Assembly: GCA_964472385.1 (NCBI GenBank)
Contig: CAYYLT010000001.1
Location: 1 to 45,947, forward strand
DNA from: an uncultured Bacteroidales bacterium
GTDB taxonomy: Bacteria; Bacteroidota; Bacteroidia; Bacteroidales; UBA12077
Direction of reading: 5' to 3'
Length of the DNA: 45,947 bases
A program made the position numbers and the translations under genes. The first letter of the stretch is position 1. The number at the start of each line of letters is the position of its first letter. The notes below the pieces were generated by a model. The model did no database searches. It was not told where the DNA came from and saw only the letters and a program-made list of their open reading frames with translations. Positions 19,401 to 27,162 of this stretch are shown in pieces.

Positions 19401-20962
19401 CGATGGAAGTGGTGAACCAAAGAGTTATTCGTTACATGACGGATACCGATTACCCGAGTGCTACAGTGGAGATCGAAGGGAGAATTGAGGGTAAAGATAA
19501 TCCGCTGATTATCATTGCGGAAAATGTAGGACGCATTCTTATGGGCATCAAAAATATCTCTGCAAATTATACCCGGACAAAAGGTAGCGAATTGCCGGGT
19601 TTTTTACAGCATCATAAATTTATGGGACTTGACCCGGATCCTTCCGAAGAGCTTAAGCAATTTGATGTATCCGGTTATTCCCCGGGTAAATTTGCTCCCA
19701 CCATACCCTTTATTTTGGGATGGCAGAATGAAAATTTTGCAGAGCTGGCAAAAAATAGAGGATGGATAACACCTGATCCAAATCTGAGCAACCCTTTCAG
19801 GTTTACCCATAATGAAAATCTACAACTCAGGGCATCCATAGAACCTTTTCAGGGTATCCGGATCGATTTGGATGGTTCACGCAGCAAAGGACGAACTTCC
19901 ACGGAATATTACACCTATTTAGAGGATAAGGATGGCATGGGAGGGGCTATTCAGGCATATGGGCTTCAGGAGCAGGGTAATTTTTCGATGAGCTTTTTGG
20001 CTATAAGTACTGCTTTTGATAAGATCACCCAGGAGAATAATTACCGTTCAAAGGCATTTGAACAACTCAAGTCGAACCGGATCCTTATGTCTAAGAGGCT
20101 GGCGGAACGCCGGAGGAAAGCATCTGATAATTACGATCCGCCTGCTTCCGGCCCCGGAGGTTACTGGGAAGGATACGGTCAAACCAGCCAACAGGTACTT
20201 ATACCCTCATTTTTGGCAGCTTATGGAAATTATGAAACCGGATCTGTACCCCTTAATAAATTCCCGAAGATTCCTTTCCCCAATTGGCGGGTAAGTTTTA
20301 GCCGGTTAACCGATATCGGCTTTATCAAGAAAGTTGCTGACAATGTCAATATAGGTCATGCCTACCGCTCTACCTACTCTATAGGAAATTTTCTTTTGAA
20401 TCCGGAGTTTACTGAGAATAAGGACAGCCTGAACCTGAACAACAATTTCATACCTCAGCATGAGATCAACAGCATATCCATCAATGAGCAATTCAGTCCA
20501 CTGATCAATCTGGATGTGACCTGGAAAAACAATATGACCACCCGGTTTCAGATCTCCAAATCAAGAAGGGTCTCTTTAAGTTTTGCCAACAACCAGATAA
20601 CCGAGACTTTAAGCGAAGAGTATTCATTCAGTATGGGATATCGCTTTGATGATTTCAACCTGATTGTAGATTTTGGAGGTGGTGATAGCGAGGCCATTGA
20701 AAATGACCTGAATGTGAAAGGCAATGTGAAAATTCGGGATAATTTGACTATCCTGAGAAAGCTGGATGAGGAAGTAGACGATATGCCCACCGCCGGACAA
20801 AGAAATGTGGTTATCGGGTTTTCTGCTGATTACTCCTTAAGTAACCGGTTCAATGTACGCTTGTTCTTTGACAGAAATGTCAATGAACCGAAAATATCCC
20901 GTTCTTATCCAACCTCCAATACGAATTTTGGATTTAGTTTTACATTTACCCTTGCGGAATAG
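13487..20962 (+). CDS. sprA: T9SS translocon / cell-surface gliding protein SprA (Sov)
   Basis: 2491-aa ORF with signal-peptide-like KLVALVLLWACGLTSEA and SprA-typical size and beta-rich C-terminus. The ruvA-sprA-gcvH neighbourhood is common in Bacteroidota. The start at 13487 is a TTG, with no in-frame ATG before the signal peptide. Confidence 0.9.
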   Translation: MHLNCHKINKLVALVLLWACGLTSEAHNNFLFQEPQSPGTPSPQDSIRLPYEFEDMDEYPFEDQSSQSPLFLKDPENIESSYEYDPESDEYILKKRIGEFDYREPVNLEREQYWDLKFNEMLQDFWRQKASGMETGGDEGLIPNLKLGGEAFNRIFGSNTINIVPQGSAELIFGVNINNVEDPKLSEKLRRNTTFDFEEKIQMNVSGTIGDKIKLGINYDTEATFDFENQTKLGYSGGEDEIIQDIEAGNISMPLPGSLITGSQSLFGLKTKLRFGNLEVTSVFSQQKGQSKMIQVKGGAQTQEFDIQADEYDQNRHFFLSHYFRKNYNRALSRLPVIQSNIEITKVEIWVTNKTSNFENSRNIIALMDLGEGEIKGSTDHIYASEQIVGSNLQGPYPDNKANEMYNSINGMGGVRDISQSTNVISQRWAQYGFRPGQDYVKLENARKLETNEYRVNRKLGYISLNAQLRNDEVLAVAFEYMVNGETHKVGEFSNEGITAPKSLMVKLLKGTTFSPKYPAWKLMMKNIYSIDAYQVNRQGFMLNVLYRDDKTGNDINYIPEGSVSDEMLLRLLNLDNVNSQNDAQPDGRFDFLPGITINQSNGQIIFPVVQPFGDYLKDQGVSDQYTFEELYDSTLTIARQTAEKNKFKIQGEYQSSSSSEIPLNAMNIPEGSVVITAGGRKLVENVDYNVDYNLGRVKILNQGLLESGTPIQISLESQSTYSMQKKTLVGSHFNYHFSEDFNLGATVMNLTERPLTRKVGIGSEPISNTIWGLNGSYRTESPFVTRMVDRIPLLDTEEPSSIRIDGEFANLIPGHSKAIKKKGVAYIDDFEGSETAIDLKNPAAWVLASTPQGQSALFPEASLIDSLPYNYNRAKLAWYHIDPLFLRENSPNMPQHLKRNPDQRASHFVREIYEKELFPNRDNPNDIPASIQVLNLAYFPNEKGPYNFEHEPAGAGVLSAGIDSDGALKDPESRWGGIMREISTTDFEESNVEYIEFWLMDPFVYDTLNQNEGNLYFNLGNVSEDILRDSRKSFENGLPASQQDGMVDSTSWGRIPLSQSLVNAFDNDPKARRYQDVGLDGIDNEDEQSYFDDYLNALEEILSPEAYQKYAEDPSQDDYHYYRGKDYDREKRGIIERYKKYNGMEGNSPTSEQSPEPYPTSGKTLPDVEDINQDNTLEENESYYQYQVELAPRKMKVGENFIADKVTRKVELANGKKSEVDWYQFKIPVRKPDKRVGGIRDFKSIRFMRMFLRGFEDSTILRFAKLNLVRGEWRKYTQSLYEGGENLSAPEYSSGSMSISAVNIEENANKTPVNYVLPPGIDRVIDPTNPQLRQLNEQAIVFKVENLEDGDARAAFKKVGMDIRQYKKLRMFVHTEALENKILNDGDLRVFVRLGTDYRDNYYEYEIPLDVTPPGFYNNNNGSERRQVWKNEMVINLDDLPALKLQRNQAMRGSNSNITMNTIYRIIRDQVELSVRGNPNLSDIRTIMMGVKNPDQQDNTLSRDDGMPKSGEIWLNELRLADFREKGGWAARGRVSTQLADLGRINLSGNISTPGFGSIDKKVNQRNKEETAQYDLSTNLDLGQFFPEQTGVKIPLYLGYSERFITPQYNPLNPDIKLDNALDAAQNSRARDSLKNITQDYVRRRSLNFNNISISPQQQSAPPFYDISNFALNYSYNEFFARNINTKYNISKEYSGGLVYNFSTQPEPITPFQNAGGILDSELFRIIKDFNFNYYPSSITFRSNLRRSYNAMQHRNISTPGIRYPASYDKNFLWNRNYNVQFDLTRSLKLDFNATNRARIDEPQGQVNKQKAPALYDEWRKTVISNIKDLGRNTDYRHAWNARYRVPVNKLPLLDWVNVSSSYQGNYNWNAGPILAEEDSTELGNTIRNSNTIQLNSQLNFNNLYNKVGFLKRINQKSQGREQKTQYETVNYSEEEVAFEADEPRRIAHNLMTENVQVEVYDNQGRTIDGTMEVVNQRVIRYMTDTDYPSATVEIEGRIEGKDNPLIIIAENVGRILMGIKNISANYTRTKGSELPGFLQHHKFMGLDPDPSEELKQFDVSGYSPGKFAPTIPFILGWQNENFAELAKNRGWITPDPNLSNPFRFTHNENLQLRASIEPFQGIRIDLDGSRSKGRTSTEYYTYLEDKDGMGGAIQAYGLQEQGNFSMSFLAISTAFDKITQENNYRSKAFEQLKSNRILMSKRLAERRRKASDNYDPPASGPGGYWEGYGQTSQQVLIPSFLAAYGNYETGSVPLNKFPKIPFPNWRVSFSRLTDIGFIKKVADNVNIGHAYRSTYSIGNFLLNPEFTENKDSLNLNNNFIPQHEINSISINEQFSPLINLDVTWKNNMTTRFQISKSRRVSLSFANNQITETLSEEYSFSMGYRFDDFNLIVDFGGGDSEAIENDLNVKGNVKIRDNLTILRKLDEEVDDMPTAGQRNVVIGFSADYSLSNRFNVRLFFDRNVNEPKISRSYPTSNTNFGFSFTFTLAE

Positions 20963-20963
20963 T

Positions 20964-20993
20964 TTTGTTATAGAAAAAAAAATTGTATTTTTG
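20964..20993 (+). promoter_or_regulatory. candidate gcvH promoter (-33 TTTG, -7 TATTTTTG)
   Basis: TTTG at 20964-20967 and an exact TAnnTTTG at 20986-20993 with an 18-nt spacer, 30 nt upstream of the gcvH ATG. Confidence 0.45.
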
Positions 20994-21023
20994 ATTATTC
21001 TATAATAATAAAAACATATTGCT

Positions 21024-21404
21024 ATGAACATCCCTGAAAATCTAAAGTATACCAAAGATCACGAATGGGTTAAAATCGAAGGTGATGAAGCTTACTTGGG
21101 TATAACCGATTATGCTCAGAATGAATTGGGTGATATCGTCTTTGTGGAAATTGAAACTGAAGGCGAAGAACTTGATAAAGAAGAAGTATTTGGAACAGTA
21201 GAAGCTGTTAAGACCGTTTCGGATATCTTTATGCCTGTTTCAGGTGAAGTTTTGGAAGTTAATTCAAAGCTTGAGGATTCTCCTGAGGTCATCAATAAGG
21301 ATCCTTATGGAGAAGGTTGGCTGATAAAACTCAAGATTACCAATAAAGAAGAGTTGGATGATCTGCTGGATTCTTCTGGATATAAGGCATTGTTGGAATC
21401 TTAA
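21024..21404 (+). CDS. gcvH: glycine cleavage system H protein
   Basis: 126 aa with the lipoyl-lysine motif VEAVKTVSD. Confidence 0.95.
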   Translation: MNIPENLKYTKDHEWVKIEGDEAYLGITDYAQNELGDIVFVEIETEGEELDKEEVFGTVEAVKTVSDIFMPVSGEVLEVNSKLEDSPEVINKDPYGEGWLIKLKITNKEELDDLLDSSGYKALLES

Positions 21405-21477
21405 GCTAAAACAGGAGGCTTACGACCTTTTCTTTTAATGTAAGGTTTGTTGGAAGTTTTCCTGATGCCCCGACATA

Positions 21478-21688
21478 GGGTTTTTTGAAAAAGTCTGTAG
21501 CACATCAGCTATTAGGTGGCAAAGCAAAGCCCCGAAAGCCGGCGACGTAGTCGCCGGCTTTCGGGGCTTTGTATATGCATGAAATTTGATGCACGCGTAA
21601 AAAATGTATAAAAACAACATGTTTTGAATAAAACATGCAAAATTCTGATATTTTTCCGGTTACAAAAGCTTATTCATTTTTTGTGAAT
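21478..21688 (-). repeat. intergenic repeat superfamily, chimeric copy D
   Basis: On the minus strand it reads: type-I head (ATTCACAAAAAATGAATAAGCTTTTGTAA), A/T module, start of the type-I left arm (GCGTGCATCAAATTTCATGC), a perfect palindrome, then a type-II tail (GCTTTGCCACCTAATAGCTGATGTGCTACAGACTTTTTCA). Confidence 0.75.
21526..21570. terminator. bidirectional intrinsic terminator candidate between convergent gcvH and infB
   Basis: Perfect 21-bp stem AAAGCCCCGAAAGCCGGCGAC / GTCGCCGGCTTTCGGGGCTTT with a 3-nt loop, followed by T-containing tracts on both strands. Confidence 0.7.
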
Positions 21689-21802
21689 CTCTCCTTAAAG
21701 GCCAGGCTTTTTTTCATTAATCCCCTACACCATGTCAGTATAAGTATTTGACTTTAAAGAACTTATTTTATTGTGTAAAAGGGAGGCTAATATATCCGAA
21801 GG

Positions 21803-24800
21803 TTATGCTTTTTGGGATGTATCCAATGTTTTTTTAACTTCCACTTCTTTGAATCCTTCTATATAATCGCCAACTTCAATGTCATTGTAATTTTTGACAC
21901 TCAGTCCACATTCATATCCTTCTCTTACTTCTTTGACATCATCTTTAAAACGTTTCACCGATTCGAGTTCCCCGGTATATATGACTATTCCGTCGCGAAT
22001 AACCCGGGCTTTTGAATTTCTTTCCAGTTTACCGTCTCTGACAATGCATCCGGCAATGGTTCCGACTTTTTTCATTTTAAATATTTCTTTCACCTCTGCC
22101 GAACCTGTAATTTCCTCTTTAATTTCGGGAGAAAGCATACCTTCGAGGGCATCTCTCATATCATTGATGGCATCGTATATAACCGAGTACAACCGGATAT
22201 CAATTTGTTCTTTTTCAGCAAGTTTTCTGGCATTTGCAGAAGGCCGGACCTGGAATCCGATGATGATGGCGTTGGAAGCTGCTGCCAAAAGAATATCTGA
22301 TTCTGTGATCTGTCCGATACCTTTGTGGATAATATTAACCTGCAATTCCTGTGTGCTTAACTTCGAGAAAGCATCGGAAAGGGCTTCTATAGAACCATCC
22401 ACATCGCCTTTAACGACCAGGTTCACTTCTTTAAAGTTGCCGATTGCAATTCTTCTTCCAATCTCGTCGAGGGTAATATGTTTTTGGGTTCTCATACTTT
22501 GTTCACGTTCGAGTTGGCCGCGTTTATTGGCAATTTCTTTGGCTTCTTTTTCACTTTCCATGACATTAAACTTATCCCCGGCCTGGGGTGCTCCATTCAA
22601 TCCGAGCAATTGAATGGGCTGCGACGGACCGGCTTCATCAACCCGCTGACCAAATTCATTGAACATAGCCTTTATACGGCCCATATGGCTACCTGCCAGG
22701 ATGATATCGCTTATTTTTAATGTACCGGATTGAACCAGGAGGTTGGCGATATAACCCCGTCCGCGATCGAGCCAGGATTCCAAGACAGTACCTTTTCCAG
22801 ATTTTTCAGGATTGGCTTTAAGTTCCAATATTTCTGCCTCCAGCAATACTTTTTCCAGGAGTTCCTCTATATTGATGCCATTTTTGGCAGAAATGTCCTG
22901 TGACTGGTATTTGCCACCCCATTCTTCTACCAGGTAATTCATATTGGCCAGCTCTTCCTTAATTCTTTCAGTGTTGGCTCCCGGTTTATCAATCTTGTTA
23001 ATGGCAAAGACAATGGGAACGCCTGCTGCCGAAGCATGGTTAATGGCTTCAATAGTCTGCGGCATTACATTGTCATCCGCACCAACTACAATGATGGCAA
23101 TATCTGTTACCTGTGCGCCTCTGGCACGCATAGCGGTAAATGCTTCATGGCCGGGGGTGTCGAGAAAAGTGATGTTGCGATCATCCTCTACTTCAACCCG
23201 GTAAGCTCCAATATGTTGAGTAATGCCGCCTGCCTCACCACCAATTACATTTTCTTTCCGGATGTAATCGAGCAATGAAGTTTTTCCATGATCCACATGG
23301 CCCATAACGGTTACAATCGGATCACGGGGCTCGAGTAAGATATCCTCATCTTCCTCTTCTTTTATGGCTTCATGTACCTCAGCGCTTACGAACTCAACTT
23401 TATAGTCGTATTCATCGGCCACCAGTGCCATGGTCTCAGCATCCAAGCGCTGGTTAATCGAAACCAGTAAGCCAAGGTTCATACAGGTTTGAATGACATC
23501 ATTGGCAGGTACATCCATCATCGAGGAAAGCTCGTTGACAGAGACAAATTCGGTAACTTTTACCACATTCTTTTCCTGTTCCTGCTTTTCCTCTTCTTCT
23601 TTTTGTTTTTGAGTGACGGCTTGCCGTTTTTCTCTTCTATATTTGGAAGCTTTGGATTTACCTTTACTTTCCAGCCTTGAAAGGGTTTCTTTGATCTGTT
23701 TTTGGACATCCTCCTCGTTAACCTCTTGACGAACAGGTCTTTTTTTCTTTTTCTTCTTTTGTGGTGTTTTCTTATCTTCGGCAACCGATTTCTTTTCGTT
23801 TATCTGAACCCGTTCTTTATCTTTATGTATTCGTTTTCTTCTTTTCCTTTTTGGTTTTGCTTCCTCTTTATCTGAAGCCTGACTTTCCTTGTCGGTGGTT
23901 GATTCAGCAGATGCTGACTTTTCCTGTATTTTGTCTTTGTAAGTTTTATCCTGTTTTTGTTTTACTACCTCTTTTTGTTTTCTTTCAATTTCTTTTTGTT
24001 TCCGGGTTTTTTTATCAGGCCGTGTTTTTTGGTTCAATGAAGCCAAATCAATTTTTCCTACGACCTTGATTTTTTCCGCTTCCTCATCCGTTTTGGGTTC
24101 TTCTTTTTGTTTTTCGGTATCCATTGTTTCAGTTTCTTCATGCTCCTCGGCCTTTTCCTCTTCTACAGACTCCTCATGTTTCGGAGAGGTTGTTTCTTCT
24201 GAGGTGACCTCCTGTTCTTGCTCTGTATGCGTTTCCTGGGGAGTTATTTCCTCGCTTGCTGGTTCTGTCTCTTGTTTTGTTGGTGTTTCTTTTTCAGTTT
24301 TGGAAATATCTTCCTGCTGTTCTTTAGCCTTTTCGGTTTTTTCTTCAGGCTCCTGTGTTTCCTGTTTCTTTTTCTGTTTCGAGGGTTCTTGCTGTTTCGA
24401 GGGTTCTTGCTTTGTTTTTTTGCTTTTTTTGAAGGAATCCAGGTCGATACGACCAATTACCTTTGGTTCCTTAGATTCTTGTTGCTTGGGTTCTTCTTCC
24501 ACGGATTGTTGTTCTTCTTTCTGTTGTTTTTCTTTTTGGGTTGTTTCTTCAGAATCTGAGGTTTTACCACTCACATCTTTGATAAGCAGTTCATCTTCAT
24601 TTTCTTCTTTATTGGTTGTGTCTTCCTTTTCTTCTTCTGTTTCTTCTACATCGCTTGTGGATCCGGAATTTTCCATATCAGCGTAGCTCTGGCCAATCTT
24701 TCTGGACAATCTTTTCACGTCGATTTCTGAACTGTATTCTTTCAACAGTAATTCATATTGTTCAGGTGTAACTTTGGCATTTGGATTTGTGTCAACATGA

Positions 24801-24898
24801 TACCCCTTCTTGTTGAGAAAATCCACAAGGGTAGATATCCCAACATTAAATTCCTTGGCCACTTTGCTTAGTCGTTTAACTTTCTTGTCTGTTGCCAT
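21803..24898 (-). CDS. infB: translation initiation factor IF-2
   Basis: 1031 aa. Long E/K/Q/T-rich N-terminal region, then the GTPase domain ([24 protein letters not shown]) and C-terminal IF-2 domains. Confidence 0.97.
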   Translation of the reverse strand: MATDKKVKRLSKVAKEFNVGISTLVDFLNKKGYHVDTNPNAKVTPEQYELLLKEYSSEIDVKRLSRKIGQSYADMENSGSTSDVEETEEEKEDTTNKEENEDELLIKDVSGKTSDSEETTQKEKQQKEEQQSVEEEPKQQESKEPKVIGRIDLDSFKKSKKTKQEPSKQQEPSKQKKKQETQEPEEKTEKAKEQQEDISKTEKETPTKQETEPASEEITPQETHTEQEQEVTSEETTSPKHEESVEEEKAEEHEETETMDTEKQKEEPKTDEEAEKIKVVGKIDLASLNQKTRPDKKTRKQKEIERKQKEVVKQKQDKTYKDKIQEKSASAESTTDKESQASDKEEAKPKRKRRKRIHKDKERVQINEKKSVAEDKKTPQKKKKKKRPVRQEVNEEDVQKQIKETLSRLESKGKSKASKYRREKRQAVTQKQKEEEEKQEQEKNVVKVTEFVSVNELSSMMDVPANDVIQTCMNLGLLVSINQRLDAETMALVADEYDYKVEFVSAEVHEAIKEEEDEDILLEPRDPIVTVMGHVDHGKTSLLDYIRKENVIGGEAGGITQHIGAYRVEVEDDRNITFLDTPGHEAFTAMRARGAQVTDIAIIVVGADDNVMPQTIEAINHASAAGVPIVFAINKIDKPGANTERIKEELANMNYLVEEWGGKYQSQDISAKNGINIEELLEKVLLEAEILELKANPEKSGKGTVLESWLDRGRGYIANLLVQSGTLKISDIILAGSHMGRIKAMFNEFGQRVDEAGPSQPIQLLGLNGAPQAGDKFNVMESEKEAKEIANKRGQLEREQSMRTQKHITLDEIGRRIAIGNFKEVNLVVKGDVDGSIEALSDAFSKLSTQELQVNIIHKGIGQITESDILLAAASNAIIIGFQVRPSANARKLAEKEQIDIRLYSVIYDAINDMRDALEGMLSPEIKEEITGSAEVKEIFKMKKVGTIAGCIVRDGKLERNSKARVIRDGIVIYTGELESVKRFKDDVKEVREGYECGLSVKNYNDIEVGDYIEGFKEVEVKKTLDTSQKA

Positions 24899-24973
24899 AA
24901 TCCTCCCACTAATTGTTTTTTCTAAATGCTATTATTGCCAATATTGCTGCTAAAATATAATTTATATGTTGAT

Positions 24974-26218
24974 TTATTCAAATTCTGATTTAAAAATTTG
25001 TGTGATTTCATCAATGGTTTCCCGCTCAAGATCCGTCCTTCTTTCTAACTCATCCGTGCTAAGTTCTAATACGCTTTTTGCCGTATCAAGTCCCACCGAT
25101 TTGAGCACATCCAGTATCCACTGTTCAATTTCATCGGAGAATTCTTCTATACTGACATCCTCTTCATCTTCATCGGTTTCTCGGTAAACATCGATGTTGA
25201 ATCCGGTTAACTGGCTGGCGAGCTTGATGTTCAATCCACCTTTTCCAATGGCAAGAGATACTTCTTCCGGATCAAGATAAACTTCTGCGCTTTTTTCCGC
25301 TTCATTAATTTTGATGGAATTGACTTTCGCCGGACTCAACGCCCTTTGAATGAACAACTGGGTATTGTTGGTAAAATTGATCACATCGATGTTTTCGTTT
25401 CTTAGCTCCCTTACGATGCCATGAATCCTCGATCCTTTCATTCCCACGCAGGAACCTACCGGATCGATCCGGTCGTCATAAGATTCTACGGCTACCTTGG
25501 CTTTTTCACCCGGAGCTCTGACAATTTTTTTAATGGTAATGAGTCCGTCATAGATTTCCGGCACTTCAAATTCAAACAGGCGTTCTAAGAATATAGGAGA
25601 GGTCCGGGAAATAATGATTAACGGCGTATTGTTTTTCATATCCGTTCGGATGATGACAGCCCGCAATAAATCTCCTTTTCTGAAATGATCAGAAGGAATT
25701 TGTTCTTCCCGGGGTAATATCAATTCATTCCCCTCGTCATCAAGAATCAGTATTTCTTTTTTCCAAACCTGATATACTTCTCCACTAACGATTTGTCCTA
25801 TTTTCTTTTTGTATTTGGCAAAAACATTGTTGCGTTCAATTTCTAGAATTTTTGATGTCAGATGCTGCCGCAAGGAGAGGATAGATCGTCTTCCAAAATC
25901 TTCCAGCTTAACCTCGTCGGTTACTTCTTCGCCTACTTCATAATCTTCATCAATCTTTTTGGCTTGTGACAAAGGAATCTGAAGGTTTTCATCTTCAATT
26001 TCATCATCATCAACAACTTCCCTGTTTCTCCAAATTTCTAAATCCCCTTTGTCAATGTTTATGATGATATCAAAATTTTCGTCCGTGCCAAAATGCTTGA
26101 TAAGCGATTTGCGAAAAACCTCCTCAAGCACATTCATCATCGTTTCCCTGTCGATACTCTTCAGCTCCTTAAATTCAGAAAAAGTATCAAATAAATTGGC
26201 CGTGTCCATTTGATTCAT
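24974..26218 (-). CDS. nusA: transcription termination/antitermination factor NusA
   Basis: 414 aa with an S1 domain and two KH domains, located between rimP and infB. Confidence 0.96.
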   Translation of the reverse strand: MNQMDTANLFDTFSEFKELKSIDRETMMNVLEEVFRKSLIKHFGTDENFDIIINIDKGDLEIWRNREVVDDDEIEDENLQIPLSQAKKIDEDYEVGEEVTDEVKLEDFGRRSILSLRQHLTSKILEIERNNVFAKYKKKIGQIVSGEVYQVWKKEILILDDEGNELILPREEQIPSDHFRKGDLLRAVIIRTDMKNNTPLIIISRTSPIFLERLFEFEVPEIYDGLITIKKIVRAPGEKAKVAVESYDDRIDPVGSCVGMKGSRIHGIVRELRNENIDVINFTNNTQLFIQRALSPAKVNSIKINEAEKSAEVYLDPEEVSLAIGKGGLNIKLASQLTGFNIDVYRETDEDEEDVSIEEFSDEIEQWILDVLKSVGLDTAKSVLELSTDELERRTDLERETIDEITQIFKSEFE

Positions 26219-26222
26219 AGTT

Positions 26223-26681
26223 TTAAAAAGAAATTACTGGTTTTGTATATTCAATGTCTTCAAAGTTAATACGATGTTCCTCATGGATTGTTGTTTTTTT
26301 ATTCTTTTCGGTCTTTATCCTTTTTTTCTCTTCCAATAATATACCTTCAGCGTCTGCATGCCGTAACCTGCCTTCCAACTTGACACCTGATTTCAGTAAA
26401 ACCGCTACCTTCTGGTCCCGGTATTTTTCATATTGCTCAAAAACTTTGAAAGGTGCATTTAAACCCGGCGAAGTTACCTCCAGTTCATATTCATCAATTT
26501 TTCCAGGCAACATTTCCCTCAATCCCTTGTTTATTGAAATACAATCATCCAGTTTTATTCCTTTATGGCTATCAATAGAAACCTTGATCTTTTCTTTTTT
26601 ATTTTCTATATCCACCACAAAAATACTTTGATCCTTGATCAGAACATGGAGTGCTTTTTCTATGTCTTTCTTGCTCAGCAT
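26223..26681 (-). CDS. rimP: ribosome maturation factor RimP
   Basis: 152-aa ORF directly upstream of nusA, with RimP-like size and sequence. Confidence 0.85.
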   Translation of the reverse strand: MLSKKDIEKALHVLIKDQSIFVVDIENKKEKIKVSIDSHKGIKLDDCISINKGLREMLPGKIDEYELEVTSPGLNAPFKVFEQYEKYRDQKVAVLLKSGVKLEGRLRHADAEGILLEEKKRIKTEKNKKTTIHEEHRINFEDIEYTKPVISF

Positions 26682-26713
26682 TTTAATATTTAAAAAGCTG
26701 TATTAATCATACG

Positions 26714-26740
26714 AAAAAAGGGGACAGACAGTCCCCTTTT
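26714..26740 (-). terminator. intrinsic terminator-like hairpin in the rimP-nusA-infB leader
   Basis: On the minus strand: AAAAGGGGAC-TGTCT-GTCCCC followed by TTTTTT. 10-bp stem with a 6-bp GC core, 33 nt upstream of the rimP ATG. Confidence 0.6.
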
Positions 26741-26765
26741 CTAATAATGCTCATTATAAACGATA

Positions 26766-26773
26766 CAAAAATA
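26766..26773 (-). promoter_or_regulatory. candidate -7 box (TATTTTTG) for rimP-nusA-infB
   Basis: Exact TAnnTTTG on the minus strand, about 25 nt upstream of the leader hairpin. Confidence 0.4.
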
Positions 26774-26931
26774 GAAATAATTCAATTAATGAGCAAATTT
26801 TATTCATTTTCTTTAATATCAATTATAAAAGGAGGTTTTTTCAAATCATTCTGGCTTTATGGACAAAAAACGCTAATGAGAACCTTCCCAGCCGTTGAAC
26901 GATTTTTTATTACATTTGGGCTGCTTATCTT

Positions 26932-27147
26932 CCCTGTGTTATGAACAAAAAAGGAATAAAGGTTATAAGCTATAGAATATGAGCGGTTTGTGTATTTTAT
27001 TCGAAAAATATTATTTTTATACATTTTTTGAAAGTGCGTTATTTTTTGGCCTCTGCTGCATTGTAAAAGCCTCGAAGTGGGCGGCTACTTCATCGGTTTT
27101 CGGCGCCTTGCATCTACCCAAAACTTAACGCATGAATAATACAGGCT
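26932..27147 (+). repeat. intergenic repeat superfamily, type I (copy E)
   Basis: TIR CCCTGTGTTATGAAC...TGAATAATACAGGCT; hairpin 27035-27132; ends 15 nt before the ATG at 27163. Confidence 0.8.
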
Positions 27148-27162
27148 AAAAAGCATATAATT

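Noticed and set aside
21024-21404. gcvH in the same window as hydF, as a possible functional link through H-protein-dependent azadithiolate synthesis
   Set aside because: The genes are 10 kb apart on opposite strands, and gcvH sits in the common ruvA-sprA-gcvH context. The co-occurrence is most likely coincidental.
24066-24686. Long plus-strand ORFs (206 aa, 113 aa and others) inside infB
   Set aside because: They lie antisense to a confidently identified IF-2 gene. Their translations are S/C/F/L-rich low complexity, mirroring the E/K-rich sense frame, so they are reading-frame artefacts.
26721-26729. The 9-mer GGGACAGAC is shared by the rimP leader hairpin and the tandem-array unit at 3622-3754
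   Set aside because: A single 9-nt match in 46 kb (both strands) is not far from chance expectation, and the flanks are unrelated.
26747-26944. 65-aa plus-strand ORF between the rimP leader and repeat copy E
   Set aside because: The translation is hydrophobic and low-complexity with no motif. The ORF runs into the repeat TIR and overlaps the candidate rimP promoter on the other strand, so it is probably non-coding. Low confidence either way.
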